Origin: an uncultured Thermoleophilia bacterium
GTDB lineage: Bacteria; Actinomycetota; Thermoleophilia; UBA2241
Direction of reading: 5' to 3'
Length of the DNA: 64,000 bases
Assembly (NCBI GenBank): GCA_963695395.1
Contig: CAVOGK010000012.1
Coordinates: forward strand, 205,372-269,371
Below, one piece after another: positions 26,519-35,927 of the stretch. Position 1 is the stretch's first letter. Every line of letters begins with the position of its first letter. The notes under the pieces are model-generated. The model had not been told where the DNA came from, searched no databases, and worked only from the letters and a program-made list of their open reading frames with translations. The translations under genes were made by a program, and so were the position numbers.

Positions 26519-26893
26519 TCACTGCTCGAGGAGCTTCTTGACCTTGGCCACCAGGGTCTGTGGCTCAACGGGCTTGGGCTGGAACTCGTCGACGGGGACG
26601 ATCTCACCGTCCTTGTCGATGTTGAGGCCCATCGCGGCATTGACGCTGGTGAGCATGATGATCGGCACGTCGTTGCCGATCTTGCGGATCTCACGCGCCA
26701 TGCGGAGGCCGTCGTCAGGCTCCTCCATCATGACGTCGAGGATGAGCAGGTCAGGCTTGAGCTCCTCGAGCTTCTTCATCCCGTCGGCGCGATTCGACGC
26801 GCCCTCGACCTCGTAGCCCTCACGCTCGAGGACCAGGCGGCCGGCATCGACGATGTCCGGGTCGTCGTCAACGATGAGAATCTTGGGCACCAC
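26519..26893 (-). CDS. Stand-alone response-regulator receiver (CheY-like), first gene of hydrogenase operon 1
   Basis: ILIVDDD, phospho-acceptor LILDVMM, MLTS, PKP. 124 aa with no output domain. AAGGAG RBS and GTG start. Confidence 0.85.
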   Translation of the reverse strand: MVPKILIVDDDPDIVDAGRLVLEREGYEVEGASNRADGMKKLEELKPDLLILDVMMEEPDDGLRMAREIRKIGNDVPIIMLTSVNAAMGLNIDKDGEIVPVDEFQPKPVEPQTLVAKVKKLLEQ

Positions 26894-27112
26894 GCACTCC
26901 TTCGCTCGTTTCCGTTCCCCTTGGCGTCACCGGGTGGCGCGCCATCGCGGCCTTCCGAGGTCGTCCTTCGCCCGCGAAGCACGAGCTCGCGACAGGCGCG
27001 GGCACGGCGAGGATGGGCGAAAGAGACGATGATCGGTGCTGGCCGCTCACTCCACAGGATCCACGTTCCACTTGGCCTCAGCTGCACTGCAGTTCTAACG
27101 CATCGCGGCCGC

Positions 27113-27130
27113 TTGTGCAAGGGGTCACGA
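27113..27130. promoter_or_regulatory. Weak Rex-operator-like site (TTGTGCAAGGGGTCACGA) in the 330-nt region upstream of operon 1
   Basis: Two mismatches to the TTGTGAA-N4-TTCACAA consensus. On the minus strand it lies just downstream of a possible TTCACT-17-GATACT promoter. Confidence 0.25.
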
Positions 27131-27223
27131 GCGTCAGGGGTTAGTATCGCACATCTTCGCACACGAGTGAAGCCACCCCCTGGACGGGCCGGTCCGGCTG
27201 CGCGGAGAGGCGCGGCGGGCGCC

Positions 27224-28450
27224 CTAGAGCTGAGGCGCCGCCAGGCTCGCGGCATCGACCGCGGGCCCGGACTCAGGCGTGGATCCGGCCGGCGGCGCGT
27301 CGTGGAGGGTCACCGTGAACGTGCTGCCGACGCCGGGCTCGCTCCGCACCTGCGCCTCGCCGTCGTACATGTTGGCGATCTTGCGCACGGTGCTGAGGCC
27401 GAGCCCGCTGCCGAGGATCTTCACCGTCTGTTCGTTCTTGATCCGTTGGAACTCGTTGAAGAGCTTGCCGGCCTCCTCGGGCGTGAGGCCGATGCCGGTG
27501 TCGGCGACGGCGATGGTGACGGCGTCTCCCTTGCGGCTCAGCCGCACGGTGACGGAGCCGCCGTCGCGGTTGTACTTGACGGCGTTGGAGATGAGGTTGT
27601 TGAGGACGATCTCGGCCTCGCCGGGGTCGGCCAGGAGCTCGACGTCGTCGCCGTCCTCGAGCGTCACGGTGATGTCGCGGCGCCCGGCGTCGACGGCGAA
27701 CAGCTCCATCGACGCCTTGGCCAGCTCGCGCAGGTCGACCCTCGTGATCACCCGCTCGCGCTGGCCGGACTCGATGCGCGTGAGGTCGAGCAGGTCCATG
27801 ATCAGCTTCTTCATGCCGTCGACGCGCACGATGCTGCGCTCGACCATCTGCAGGTTCTGGTCGGCCTCGGTCGTGCGCAGGATGTTGAGGTAGCCCTCCA
27901 CCGCGTTGAGCGGCGCCTTGAGCTCGTGCGCGAGCACCGAGATGAAATTGAAGCGGATCTCGCGCTTCTCCTCGGCGAGCTTGCGCGCCTGCTTGCTGAG
28001 GATCAGCTGGCTGGTCGCCTTGCGCAGCGCGTACCGGAGCTCCTCGGGCGTGAACGGCTTGGCGAGGAAGTCGTAGGCCCCGAGCTTGGTCGCCTTGACC
28101 GCCGTCTCGAAGGTCGCATAGGCGGTGATCATGATGGTCAGCACCTCGCGCCCCTGGGAGCTCAAGGCGTCGAGGACGTCCATGCCACCGACGCCCGGCA
28201 GCTTCAGGTCGAGCAGCAGCAGATCGACCGACCCGCCCTCGCCGAGGTAGTCGAGGAAGTCCTCTCCGGTCGTGAAGTAGCGGAACGCGTAGTCGGCGTC
28301 GACGAGGACGTCGCGCACGTGCACACGGTACTTCTGGATGATGCGGCGCACGCCGAGGCAGAGCGCCTCCTCGTCGTCGACCATGACGACCTGCAGCGTG
28401 GCCTGCTGCGGGTCCATGAGGCTCTCGCGGATTGTCGGTTCGACGTTCAT
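27224..28450 (-). CDS. Hybrid receiver-histidine kinase (N-terminal REC, then HisKA + HATPase)
   Basis: REC (VVMVDDE, LLLLDLKLPG, ITAY, AKP) followed by H-box LAHELKAPLNAV and N/G boxes (NLISNAVKYN, GSGLGLS). Confidence 0.85.
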   Translation of the reverse strand: MNVEPTIRESLMDPQQATLQVVMVDDEEALCLGVRRIIQKYRVHVRDVLVDADYAFRYFTTGEDFLDYLGEGGSVDLLLLDLKLPGVGGMDVLDALSSQGREVLTIMITAYATFETAVKATKLGAYDFLAKPFTPEELRYALRKATSQLILSKQARKLAEEKREIRFNFISVLAHELKAPLNAVEGYLNILRTTEADQNLQMVERSIVRVDGMKKLIMDLLDLTRIESGQRERVITRVDLRELAKASMELFAVDAGRRDITVTLEDGDDVELLADPGEAEIVLNNLISNAVKYNRDGGSVTVRLSRKGDAVTIAVADTGIGLTPEEAGKLFNEFQRIKNEQTVKILGSGLGLSTVRKIANMYDGEAQVRSEPGVGSTFTVTLHDAPPAGSTPESGPAVDAASLAAPQL

Positions 28451-28453
28451 CGC

Positions 28454-30508
28454 TCAGCTCCCGGTGATCACCTGCAGGCTCGCCGCAACGTCCGTGGCGG
28501 ACTCGAGTCGCGGCAAGGAGATGGTGAACGTCGTCCCCGTGGGGCCGGCCTCGGGGTCGGCGTTCGACTCCACGGTGATCCGGCCGCGGTGCATCTTGAC
28601 GATGCCGTGCGTGACCGCAAGGCCGAGGCCCGTGCCCTTGCCGACCTGCTTGGTCGTGAAGAACGGGCTGAACAGCTTGTCGAGGTTCTCCTTGGGGATG
28701 CCGGTGCCCTCGTCCTCTACCGCGATCACGACGTCGTCCTCGGTCCCGTCGAGCGTGACGGTGATCGCGCCGCCGTCGGGCATCGCGTGCTGGGCGTTGG
28801 TGAGCAGGTTGGTGAGCACCTGGACGATCTGATCGCCGTCGAGCTCGGCGACCGGGTCTTCGAGGTGGCCGGCCACTTCGACGGAGATGCCCTCGGCGAC
28901 GGGGATCGTGCGCATGACCTCGGCCACCAGGTCGTTGAGGTCGGTCGGCTGACGCACCACGCGGCTCTGGCGGGCGAAGTTGAGCAGGCCGGAGATGATC
29001 TTCTTGCAGCGGTTGGCCTGGTCGACGATGAGTTTGACGTCGGCGGAGACGGCGGGGTCGCTCTCGCAGTCCTCGAGCAGCAGGTTGGCGTGCAGCAGGA
29101 GGATGCCGAGCGGGTTGTTGACCTCGTGGGCGATGCCGGCGGCGAGCTGGCCCATGCTGGCGAGCTTCTCGCTCTTGACCAGCGCCTCCTTGGTCGTCTC
29201 CAGCGAACGGTGCGACTCCTGGAGCTCGTCGACGGTCTTGTGCAGCTCGTCCACCGAGTAGGGCAGGCACATCTCGACCTCGGCCAGGCCCTGCCAGATC
29301 GCGACCGCGTGGTGGCTGCAGGAGTCGTAGCCGCAGGCGCCGCAGTCGAGCTCGTCCTCGGGGGCGTACTTGTTCATACGCGCCAGGATCTCCTGGATCT
29401 GCTCCGGCGTCGGCATGTCGTCGAAGCGCTGGTCGAAGGGAGCGAAGGTCCTTGACAGATCGACGTCGCGGGCGTCCGCGACCGCCGTCTCCCAGGCCGC
29501 CTGGTCGAAGTCGGCCTGGCGGGCGCGGGTCTCGGCGCTGACGTCCGCGCGGCGCTTGAAGACCGGTTCCTCACAGCTGAAGCCGGCGCCCATGATGCAG
29601 CCTTCGCAGCAGAGGATATCGAGCAGGCGCGCCTCGGTATCGCCGTGCTCGAAGTCGGTGATCGCATCCACGAGGTTGGCGCGTCCGTCGGCGCTCACGA
29701 TGTCGCCGCTGAGGAGGTCCTCGTCCAGTTCGGCGGCCTGGAGGAGGCCACGGCTGATGGGGAAGAGGGCCCCGAGGCTGCCGCGCGGCGGGTCGAAGTC
29801 ATCACCCGTGCCGTCGTGCGTGCTGAGGCTCACCCCGCGGCCGGCGAGCAGGGTGCGAAGCTCCACATAGGTGAGCGCGGCGTGCACCTCGTCCTCGAAC
29901 TGCTCGTAGCGCGCCTCGCCCTTCTTGGCGATGCACGGCCCGATGAAGACGATCTTGCACTCGGGGCCGTACTTGTGATGCAGCACGCGCGCGATCGCCA
30001 GCATCGGCGAGACGATGGGCGCCAGGTTGTCGAGGATGTCCGGGTGGTACTTGCGCACGTAGCTGACCACCGCCGGGCAGCTGGTGGCGATGTAGCGCCC
30101 GTCGTCCTGTTCGAGCAGGCGGGCGTACTCGGCGGCCACGAGGTCGGCGCCGAAGCTGACCTCGTGGACGCTCGCGAACCCGAGCTCGCGGAGGGCGCCG
30201 ACCAGTCCGGCCGTGCCGCACTCCGTGAACTCGGCCGGATAGCTCGGCGCCACGATCGCCGCGACCGGCGCGTCGCCGGCGAGCAGGTCCTCGGTGGCCT
30301 CGATGCCGCTGAGCACCTGCTTGGCGTTCTGGCTGCAGACGGTGACGCAGTTGCCGCACCCGATGCAGCGCGTCTGGATGACGCTGGCCTGCCCATCGAG
30401 GATCTGGATGGCCTTGGCGGGGCATTCACGGACGCACGTGTAGCACCGCCGGCACTTCTCGCGGATCGTGGTGACGAGTTGCAGGTTCGGCACGCGGTCT
30501 TCGTTCAT
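28454..30508 (-). CDS. Sensory-type [FeFe]-hydrogenase-like protein fused to a histidine kinase (2x4Fe-4S ferredoxin + H-domain + Cx2Cx4Cx16C + HisKA/HATPase)
   Basis: CRRCYTCVRECP, CIGCGNCVTVCS. Diverged H-domain motifs ATSCPAVV, GPCIAKKGE, LCCEGCIMGAG. Then DCGACGYDSC...C, H-box GIAHEVNNPL and a complete HATPase. ATG at 30508 preferred (the ORF opens at 30580). Confidence 0.85.
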   Translation of the reverse strand: MNEDRVPNLQLVTTIREKCRRCYTCVRECPAKAIQILDGQASVIQTRCIGCGNCVTVCSQNAKQVLSGIEATEDLLAGDAPVAAIVAPSYPAEFTECGTAGLVGALRELGFASVHEVSFGADLVAAEYARLLEQDDGRYIATSCPAVVSYVRKYHPDILDNLAPIVSPMLAIARVLHHKYGPECKIVFIGPCIAKKGEARYEQFEDEVHAALTYVELRTLLAGRGVSLSTHDGTGDDFDPPRGSLGALFPISRGLLQAAELDEDLLSGDIVSADGRANLVDAITDFEHGDTEARLLDILCCEGCIMGAGFSCEEPVFKRRADVSAETRARQADFDQAAWETAVADARDVDLSRTFAPFDQRFDDMPTPEQIQEILARMNKYAPEDELDCGACGYDSCSHHAVAIWQGLAEVEMCLPYSVDELHKTVDELQESHRSLETTKEALVKSEKLASMGQLAAGIAHEVNNPLGILLLHANLLLEDCESDPAVSADVKLIVDQANRCKKIISGLLNFARQSRVVRQPTDLNDLVAEVMRTIPVAEGISVEVAGHLEDPVAELDGDQIVQVLTNLLTNAQHAMPDGGAITVTLDGTEDDVVIAVEDEGTGIPKENLDKLFSPFFTTKQVGKGTGLGLAVTHGIVKMHRGRITVESNADPEAGPTGTTFTISLPRLESATDVAASLQVITGS

Positions 30509-30530
30509 CGGGTCGCCGTCCGGGCGGCGG

Positions 30531-30935
30531 TCACGCGGCGCCGAGGAGCTCGGCGATCTTTGCCAGAAGCGTCTGCGCATCGATGGGCTTGTCGAAGTAG
30601 GCGTCCACGTTCATCTTGGCGAGGTCGTCGGCGGAGTCGGGCTGGAAGTTCAACCCGAGGGCGCTGCTCACCGACGTGCTGATGATGATCGGCACCTCGG
30701 CCGTGCGCGGGTCCTCCTTCAGCTGGGCGGAGAAGGCGAAGCCGGCGTCGATGCTCGTCATCATCAGGTCGGTGATGACCAGGTCCGGAGTCTCGGCGTC
30801 GATGCGCGCGAGCGCCTCGGTGGGGTTGGTGGCGGTGACCACGCGGTGGCCGGCCCCCTCGAGGATGATGCGGTTGATCTCGAGGAAGTCGAAGTCGTCG
30901 TCGACGATGAGTATCAGTGCCTGATCCGCGCTCAT
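30531..30935 (-). CDS. Stand-alone response-regulator receiver, paralogue of 26519-26893
   Basis: LIVDDD, VITDLMM, ISTS, DKP. 134 aa with no output domain. Confidence 0.85.
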   Translation of the reverse strand: MSADQALILIVDDDFDFLEINRIILEGAGHRVVTATNPTEALARIDAETPDLVITDLMMTSIDAGFAFSAQLKEDPRTAEVPIIISTSVSSALGLNFQPDSADDLAKMNVDAYFDKPIDAQTLLAKIAELLGAA

Positions 30936-31065
30936 GATCCGCCTTCAGTATACCGGCCTGTTCGCCGGGCTTCCGCGACGGCCCCGGAGGCGGCCCCGGT
31001 CTCCCGGGGCCGCCTCGCGGGCGCGCCGCCCGCGCGCCCGGCCGTCGTCTTCCGTGCGCCGCGTC

Positions 31066-32838
31066 TCAGACGCGGTCGAGCTCGATGTAGTGGGTGTGCA
31101 GGAGGTGATGCGAGATCTCGCCGCACGGCGCCCCGAGGTACTCCTCGTACAGGGCGCAGACGGCCGGGTTCTCGTGCGACTTGCGCAGCTCGCGACCCTC
31201 GTCCTCGCGGTAGATCGCCGCGATGCGCTTCTTGCGCACCTCGTTGGTCGTGAAGCGCGGCTGCCCGCCGCCGCCGATGCAGCCGCCGGGGCAGGTCATG
31301 ACCTCGACGAAGTGGTACTCGGCCTCGCCGCTCTTGACCTGGTCGATGACCTTCTGGGCGTTGCCGAGGCCGTGGGCCACGGCGACCTTGAGGTCGGCGC
31401 CCTCGAGGAAGGCCCAGTCGCCCTTCGCTCCCTCGACCTTGACGGACGCCACCTTCACGCCGTCGAGGCCCTCGATGGGCTCGACGTGCAGGTTGGGGAA
31501 GGGGAACGGCGTCTCGGTGACGATCTCCCAGGCCGTGCGCAGGGCCGCCTCCATGACGCCGCCGGTGTTGGCGAAGATGTCGGCGGCGCCGGTGCTGATG
31601 CCCAGCGGCGCGTCCATCTGCTCGTCGGGCAGGCTGCGAAAGTCGATGCCGGCCTGCTTGATGAGCGCGCCGAGCTCGCGCGTGGTGAGCACGATGTCGA
31701 CGTCCTGCACGCCGCTGTCGTTCATCTCCGGGCGCGCGGCCTCGTACTTCTTGGCCGTGCAGGGCATGACCGAGACGACGACCATGTCCTCCGGCTTCAC
31801 GCCGATCTTCTCGGCGTAGTACGTCTTGGCGATCGCCCCGAACATCTGCTGCGGGCTCTTGCAGGTGCTCAGGTTGTCGAGCATGTCGGGGTTGAAGTGC
31901 TCCATGTAGTTGATCCAGCCCGGGGAGCAGCTGGAGAACTGTGGCAGCGCGACCTGCTCGCCGTCCACGAGTGCCTTCTTGAGGCGCACGAGCAGCTCCG
32001 TGCCTTCCTCCATGATCGTGAGGTCGGCGGTGAAGTCGGTGTCGAAGACGGCGTCGAAGCCGAGGCGGCGGAGCGCGGCGACCATCTTGCCGGTCACCAG
32101 GGTGCCGGCCGGGTAGTCGAAGCACTCGCCGAGCGCGGCGCGGATCGCCGGCGCGGTCTGCACGATGACCGTCTTGGTGGGATCCTCGAGCGCCGCCCAG
32201 ACCTCGTCGATCTGGTTGCGCTCGCTGATGGCGCCCACCGGGCACACGGCGGCGCACTGGCCGCACTGCACGCAGACGACGTCGCTCAGGTTCTGCGAGA
32301 AGGCGGGGCCGATGAGGGTGGCGAAGCCGCGGCCCTGGGCGAACAGGCCGCCGACCCCCTGGACCTCGTTGCACACGGTCACGCAGCGGCGGCAGGAGAT
32401 GCACTTGCCGGTGTCACGGATGAGCGCCGGGGTGCTGTCGTCGAGCATCCTGACGGTCTTCTCGCCCTCGTAGCGCAGGTCGCCGATACCGAGCTCGTCG
32501 GCGAGGGTCCGGAGCTCGCAGTCCGCGGACCGGGCGCAGATCTTGCAGTCGCCGTCGTGCTCCGACAGGAGCAGCTCGACGACCATCTGGCGGCCGTCGC
32601 GGACCTTGCCGCTGTTGGTCTTGACGACCATGCCGTCGGTCGCCGGCTGGCTGCACGAGGCGACCAGCGTGCGTGCGCCCTCCACCTCGACGAGGCAGAC
32701 GCGGCAGGCGCCGATGGACTGGACGTCGTCGAGGTGGCAGAGGGTGGGGATCTTCACGCCGGCCTGGCGGGCCGCCTGAAGCACCGTGGCGCCCTCCGGC
32801 ACCTCGACGCTGATGTCGTCAATAGTCAGGGTTGGCAT
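31066..32838 (-). CDS. hydA: [FeFe]-hydrogenase catalytic subunit, M3-type, copy 2
   Basis: Same domain order as copy 1. H-cluster motifs FSSCSPGW, MPCTAKKYE, EVMTCPGGCIGGGGQP. ATG at 32838 follows an AAGGAGAG RBS. Confidence 0.95.
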   Translation of the reverse strand: MPTLTIDDISVEVPEGATVLQAARQAGVKIPTLCHLDDVQSIGACRVCLVEVEGARTLVASCSQPATDGMVVKTNSGKVRDGRQMVVELLLSEHDGDCKICARSADCELRTLADELGIGDLRYEGEKTVRMLDDSTPALIRDTGKCISCRRCVTVCNEVQGVGGLFAQGRGFATLIGPAFSQNLSDVVCVQCGQCAAVCPVGAISERNQIDEVWAALEDPTKTVIVQTAPAIRAALGECFDYPAGTLVTGKMVAALRRLGFDAVFDTDFTADLTIMEEGTELLVRLKKALVDGEQVALPQFSSCSPGWINYMEHFNPDMLDNLSTCKSPQQMFGAIAKTYYAEKIGVKPEDMVVVSVMPCTAKKYEAARPEMNDSGVQDVDIVLTTRELGALIKQAGIDFRSLPDEQMDAPLGISTGAADIFANTGGVMEAALRTAWEIVTETPFPFPNLHVEPIEGLDGVKVASVKVEGAKGDWAFLEGADLKVAVAHGLGNAQKVIDQVKSGEAEYHFVEVMTCPGGCIGGGGQPRFTTNEVRKKRIAAIYREDEGRELRKSHENPAVCALYEEYLGAPCGEISHHLLHTHYIELDRV

Positions 32839-32855
32839 CCTCTTGCTCTCCTTGC

Positions 32856-35800
32856 TCACGAGCCGTACTTGCCGTAGTCGCAACGCAGGCAGCGCCTCGC
32901 CTCAGCGACGGCCACCTTTGCGGCCCAGCCCAGCTCGACCTCGTCGAAGTTGGTGACGCGGGCACCCACGGCCAGCTCCTCGACCTGGTGACGATCGACC
33001 AGTTCGGGGTCGGCGTCGGGGTCGAAGAACGTGGGCGGCTCGATGTCGCGGCGCCAGAACGCGTGATTGGCGCCGGTGAGGAGCTCGTCCATGCCGGCGG
33101 CTGCCTTCTCGCCGGCGCCGATGGCCTCGACCACCGACGACGGGCCGGTGGCGGCGTCGCCGCCGGTGAAGACCCAGTCGACCGAGGTCTGGCCGGTGTT
33201 CGGGTCGGCGGCGAGGTAGCCCCAGCGGTTGAGCTCGACGGGGGTGCCGTCCAGGACGGCCGGCGCGTCGAGCTTCTGCCCGATCGCGGCGATGACGGTG
33301 TCGGCCTCGACCACGAAGTCGGGGTTGTGGCCGGCGACCGGACGGCGACGGCCGCTGCGGTCGTAGTCGCCCAGCGCCATCTCCTTGCAGCGCACGCCGG
33401 TGACGTTGCCGCTCGCGTCGCGGAGGATCTCCTCCGGGGCGACGAGCGTCATGATGTCGATGCCCTCGAGGTCGGCGGCGTCGATCTCCTCGCCCCACGC
33501 CGGCATCTGCGCCCGGGTGCGACGGTAGAGGATCTTGACGCTCTCGGCGCCGAGGCGCAGGGCGGTGCGGGCGGCGTCGATGGCCGCGTTGCCGCCGCCG
33601 ATCACGGCGACGTTCTTGCCGACTTCGCCGGTGCCGTGCACGTTGTACTGCTTGAGGAACGACAGGCCGTCGTACACGCCGGGGCCCTCCTCACCGGGGA
33701 TGCCGATGCCCATGCCGGCGGGGGCGCCGACGCCGACGAACACGGCCTCGTATCCCTCGTCCTTGAGGCTCTTGAGGGTGAAGTCGCGGCCGAGCGCCTT
33801 GCCGTACTCGAAGCGGGCGCCCATGGCCTCGATCATCTCGATCTCGCGCTCGAGCTCGGGGCGCGGCAGGCGGTAGGCCGGGATGGCCTGGACGAGCATG
33901 CCGCCGGCCTTGGGTTCAGCCTCGAACACGACCGGCTTGTAGCCCAGCCGGGCGAGGAAGTAGGCGGCGGAGAGGCCGGCGGGACCGGAGCCGACGACGG
34001 CCACCTTGCGGGCCGCGTTCTCGGCGTTCTCCAGGATCTCCGGCAGCTGCGCGTCCTTCTCCTGCTCCACCATGAAGCGCTTGACGTGGCGGATCGCGAG
34101 CGACCCGTCCAGGCTCGAGCGCATGCACTTGCTCTCGCAGGGGTGGAAGCAGACGCGGGCGCAGATGCTGGCCAGCGGGTTGCGCTCGCGGTGCAGCTTG
34201 AGGGCGTCGTCGTAGCGCTCCTCGCCCACGAGGCTCACGAAGCCGGGGATGTTGACGCTGGCCGGGCACGCGTTGGAGCAGCGCGCCTTGAACATCGCCC
34301 CGCATACGCCAGCTTCGCAGTACTTGTCCTTGATGTGGGCCTCGTACTCGTGACGGAAGTGACGGATCGTCGAGAGCACGGGGTTGGCGGCCGTCTGGCC
34401 GAGGCCGCAGAGCGCGGTCTGGCTGATCGACTCGCCGAGGGCGACGAGGCGCTCGATGTCGCCCTCTTCGCCCTCACCGTTGCAGATGCGCTCGACGATC
34501 TCGAGCATCCGCTTGGTGCCGACGCGGCACGGCGGGCACTTGCCGCAGCTCTCTTCCTGGGTGAACTCGAGGAAGAAGCGTGCGATGTCGACCATGCACG
34601 TGTCCTCGTCCATGACGATGACGCCGCCGGAGCCCATGATCGCGCCGAGCTCCTGCAGGGTGTCGTAGTCGACGGGCACGTTGAGGTGCTCCTTGGGGAT
34701 GCAGCCGCCGGACGGCCCGCCGAGCTGCGCGGCCTTGTAGGCCTTGTCGCCCGGGATGCCGCCGCCGACCTCGTAGATGAGCTCGCCGAGCTGCATGCCG
34801 ATCGGGACCTCGACGAGGCCGGTGTGCTGCACGTTGCCGCCGAGCGCGAACACCTTGGTGCCCTTGCTGCTCTCGGTGCCGGTGCTGGCGTACCACTCCG
34901 CGCCCTTGAGGACGATCGGCGCGATGTTGGCGAAGGTCTCCACGTTGTTGAGCACGCTGGGCTTGCCCCAGAGGCCCGAGACCGCCGGGAACGGCGGGCG
35001 CGGACGCGGCTCGCCGCGGTGCCCCTCGATCGAGGTCATGAGCGCGGTCTCCTCGCCGCAGACGAAGGCGCCCGAGCCCATGCGGATCTCGAGGTCGAAG
35101 TCGAAGCCACTGCCCATGATGTCGTTGCCGAGCAGGCCGTACTCGCGCGCCTGCCCGAGAGCGTGCTCGAGGCGCTCGACGGCGAGCGGGTACTCGGCGC
35201 GCACGTAGACGTAGCCCGTGTGCGCGCCGATCGCGAAGGCGCCGATGACCATGCCCTCGATGAGCGAGTGCGGGTCGCCCTCGAGCACCGAGCGGTCCAT
35301 GAACGCGCCGGGGTCGCCCTCGTCCGCGTTGCAGAGGATGTACTTGACGTCGTTGTCCTGCTGCTGGGCGAAGCGCCACTTCATGCCCGGTGGGGAAGCC
35401 GGCGCCGCCGCGGCCGCGCAGGCCGCTGGCCAGGACCTCTTCGACGACCTGCTCGGGGGTCATCTCGGTGAGCACCTTGGCGAGGGCCTGGTAGCCGTCG
35501 CGGGCGATGTACTCGTCGATGTTGAGCGGGTCGATGATGCCGGAGTTGCGCAGCACGATCTTGACCTGGCGGTTGAAGAACGGGATGTCGTTCATCTCTG
35601 CCTGGGACTTCTCGGTGCCGGGCGCGTGGCTCACGAGACGCTCGACCACACGGCCCTTGAGGAGGTGCTCCTCGACGATCTCGGGCACGTCGTCGACCTT
35701 GATGTTCTGGTAGAAGACGCCGTCGGGGTAGACGAGCGCCACGGGGCCCTGCACGCAGGGGCCGAGGCAGCCGGTCTCGACGACCTCGATCTCGCCGGCG

Positions 35801-35910
35801 AGCTCGCGCTCCTTGAGCTCGGCGCGCACGGCCTCGCTCACGTCGAGGGCGCCGGAGGCGATGCATCCACCGCCGGTGCAGATCAGGAAGTGACTTCTCA
35901 CATCAGCCAT
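32856..35910 (-). pseudogene. hydB: Giant flavoprotein subunit: thioredoxin-like 2Fe-2S + NuoF (FMN/NADH/4Fe-4S) fused to a GltD/NfnB-like FAD/NAD(P)H oxidoreductase; net +1 frameshift at 35386-35388
   Basis: N-terminal part (ORF 34474-36087 from ATG 35910) ends ...GRGGAGFPTG. The next frame continues MKWRFAQQQ...NADEGDPGAF...ESCGKCPPCR...CGLGQTA, then GltD-like CEAGVC..CSNACP..CARVCFHPCESKC, VAVVGSGPAGLSAAY, VIGGGNAAID. The break is at a GGG run (ACCGGGCATGAAG). Total 3055 nt (3n+1). Confidence 0.85.
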
Positions 35911-35927
35911 AGTCGGATCACTCGCTC

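Noticed and set aside
24790-26694. A 634-aa ORF that could be read as a NuoE fusion protein spanning the whole of hydB1.
   Set aside because: Only the first ~165 residues after the internal Met (26505) are NuoE-like, and the rest is Arg/Pro/Gly-rich nonsense overlapping the genuine NuoF frame. A single-nt frameshift explains it better. I saw no slippery-sequence or selenocysteine-type signal.
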